From assembly GCA_043228905.1 (NCBI GenBank), contig JBHGNT010000007.1, positions 14,880,001-14,944,000 of the forward strand: DNA of 64,000 nucleotides. The letters run 5' to 3'. Each line of letters opens with the position of its first letter. The first letter of the stretch is position 1. This document shows, one piece after another, positions 62,931 through 64,000 of the stretch. The translations under genes and the position numbers were made by a program. This DNA is from Azolla caroliniana (Eukaryota > Plantae > Polypodiophyta). The notes beneath the pieces are model-generated. The model did not search any database and was not told the origin of the DNA. It saw nothing but the letters and a program-made list of their open reading frames with translations.

Positions 62931-64000
62931 GGCTACACACCCTTTGCAAGTTTAACTTGCCTTCAAACCCCCCACCAATTCAATAGACCACCGATGTTTT
63001 GAAGAGTTTGTGAGAGTTGAAAGTGGATTCCATTAGGCAACTTAACATTTGTGTGGAAATATACATGTGGGATGCAAGAATTATCGTGTTGGATGTAAGG
63101 GTCGAATGTGTGACCTTTCTTGACCTCCTCGAGCAAACCTTAGCAACTAATGCTCAATTAGCATAAATACCAAGGTCGAGCACATCTACCCACATGGGAC
63201 AATTTTAAGGTACACACATGTCAAAATTAAAGTCTCTATTTCCATGATAATGTGTGGGGCGTGGGGCCATCATTCTTGCACTATGTTTCCATAATCTATA
63301 ACTGAATTGGATGTGTGCCATTTATTCGAAGACATGGACTAGAGAATGCAAATTTTCTAAATTGATTATCATAAAGTGGGATCAATTTTTTACAAACCAA
63401 GTGAAAGTTCTCCTTTTCCTCATTCTATTGTCGCTCTTAACTTTTCCATGATAGTTGTATGCATATTTAATAGCACGTGAAAAAACCCTTGTTGAGCCCA
63501 TCACTATAGTGAGAATCCTTACAACATAGTGACCCCTCGTAAGATGTTAGTAAGACTAGTTGACATAAAGGTAACTCCAATTGGGACAACCTATTAACAA
63601 AACTCAATTGTGACAATTGTCACATCAAATTCCCTTTAACTTGTTAGCTTCTCTCTCTCTCTCTAAGATTGCATGGAAAGCAAGTAAAATGTTTCACAAA
63701 GGACATACAAAGGTGAATTTTAGGGTTTCGTATGGGTGAATGATATGTCCATAGATTCCTTTGTAAATGAAGCTTTCTTGCAATGCCAATGTATCACAAC
63801 TTGGGAAATTTGTGGAGGCTTGTGGTTAAAACATTATATTGCACATAATGAACTACAAAACCATCTTTGTCTCTATATTGGGAAACCACACTCATCGACA
63901 CGTGCTAGAGCACATCCCTTTGTCCACCATTTATACCGTTGCTTCAATACCACTACGCTCACATTCTCTTCCTTGTGAGACAAAGGTGTTGGGGCAACTC

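Overview
Eukaryotic land-plant genomic DNA, probably from a non-seed plant such as a fern (inferred from the TE lineages only). Bases 1-44340 are one block of nested retroelements. It holds four Ty1/copia elements (A, B, F, G), three Ty3/gypsy elements with coding sequence (C, D, E), two partial LTRs (I, J), two RTE-X-like LINEs (K, H) and two solo LTRs. Most junctions are resolvable by TG..CA ends, PBS/PPT and target-site duplications (TSDs). Bases 44340-64000 are AT-rich. They contain two intact minus-strand host genes (a 5-exon 11S-globulin-like bicupin and a 2-exon F-box/LRR gene), two hAT MITEs, two more solo LTRs and L1 remnants. The most unusual signal is gypsy element D (18329-28040). 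It has near-identical LTRs but no canonical PBS or PPT: a tRNA-Arg 3'-end-like sequence sits in sense orientation where the PPT should be, and a 27-nt copy of a 3'-internal sequence sits where the PBS should be. Other notable signals are a Tf1-type self-priming signature (C), an ABAB 924-bp gag-protease array (B) and a gypsy family with 4-bp GCG-type target sites. All alignments were done by eye, so coordinates may be off by a few bases. No CRISPR array, rRNA or intact tRNA gene was seen.
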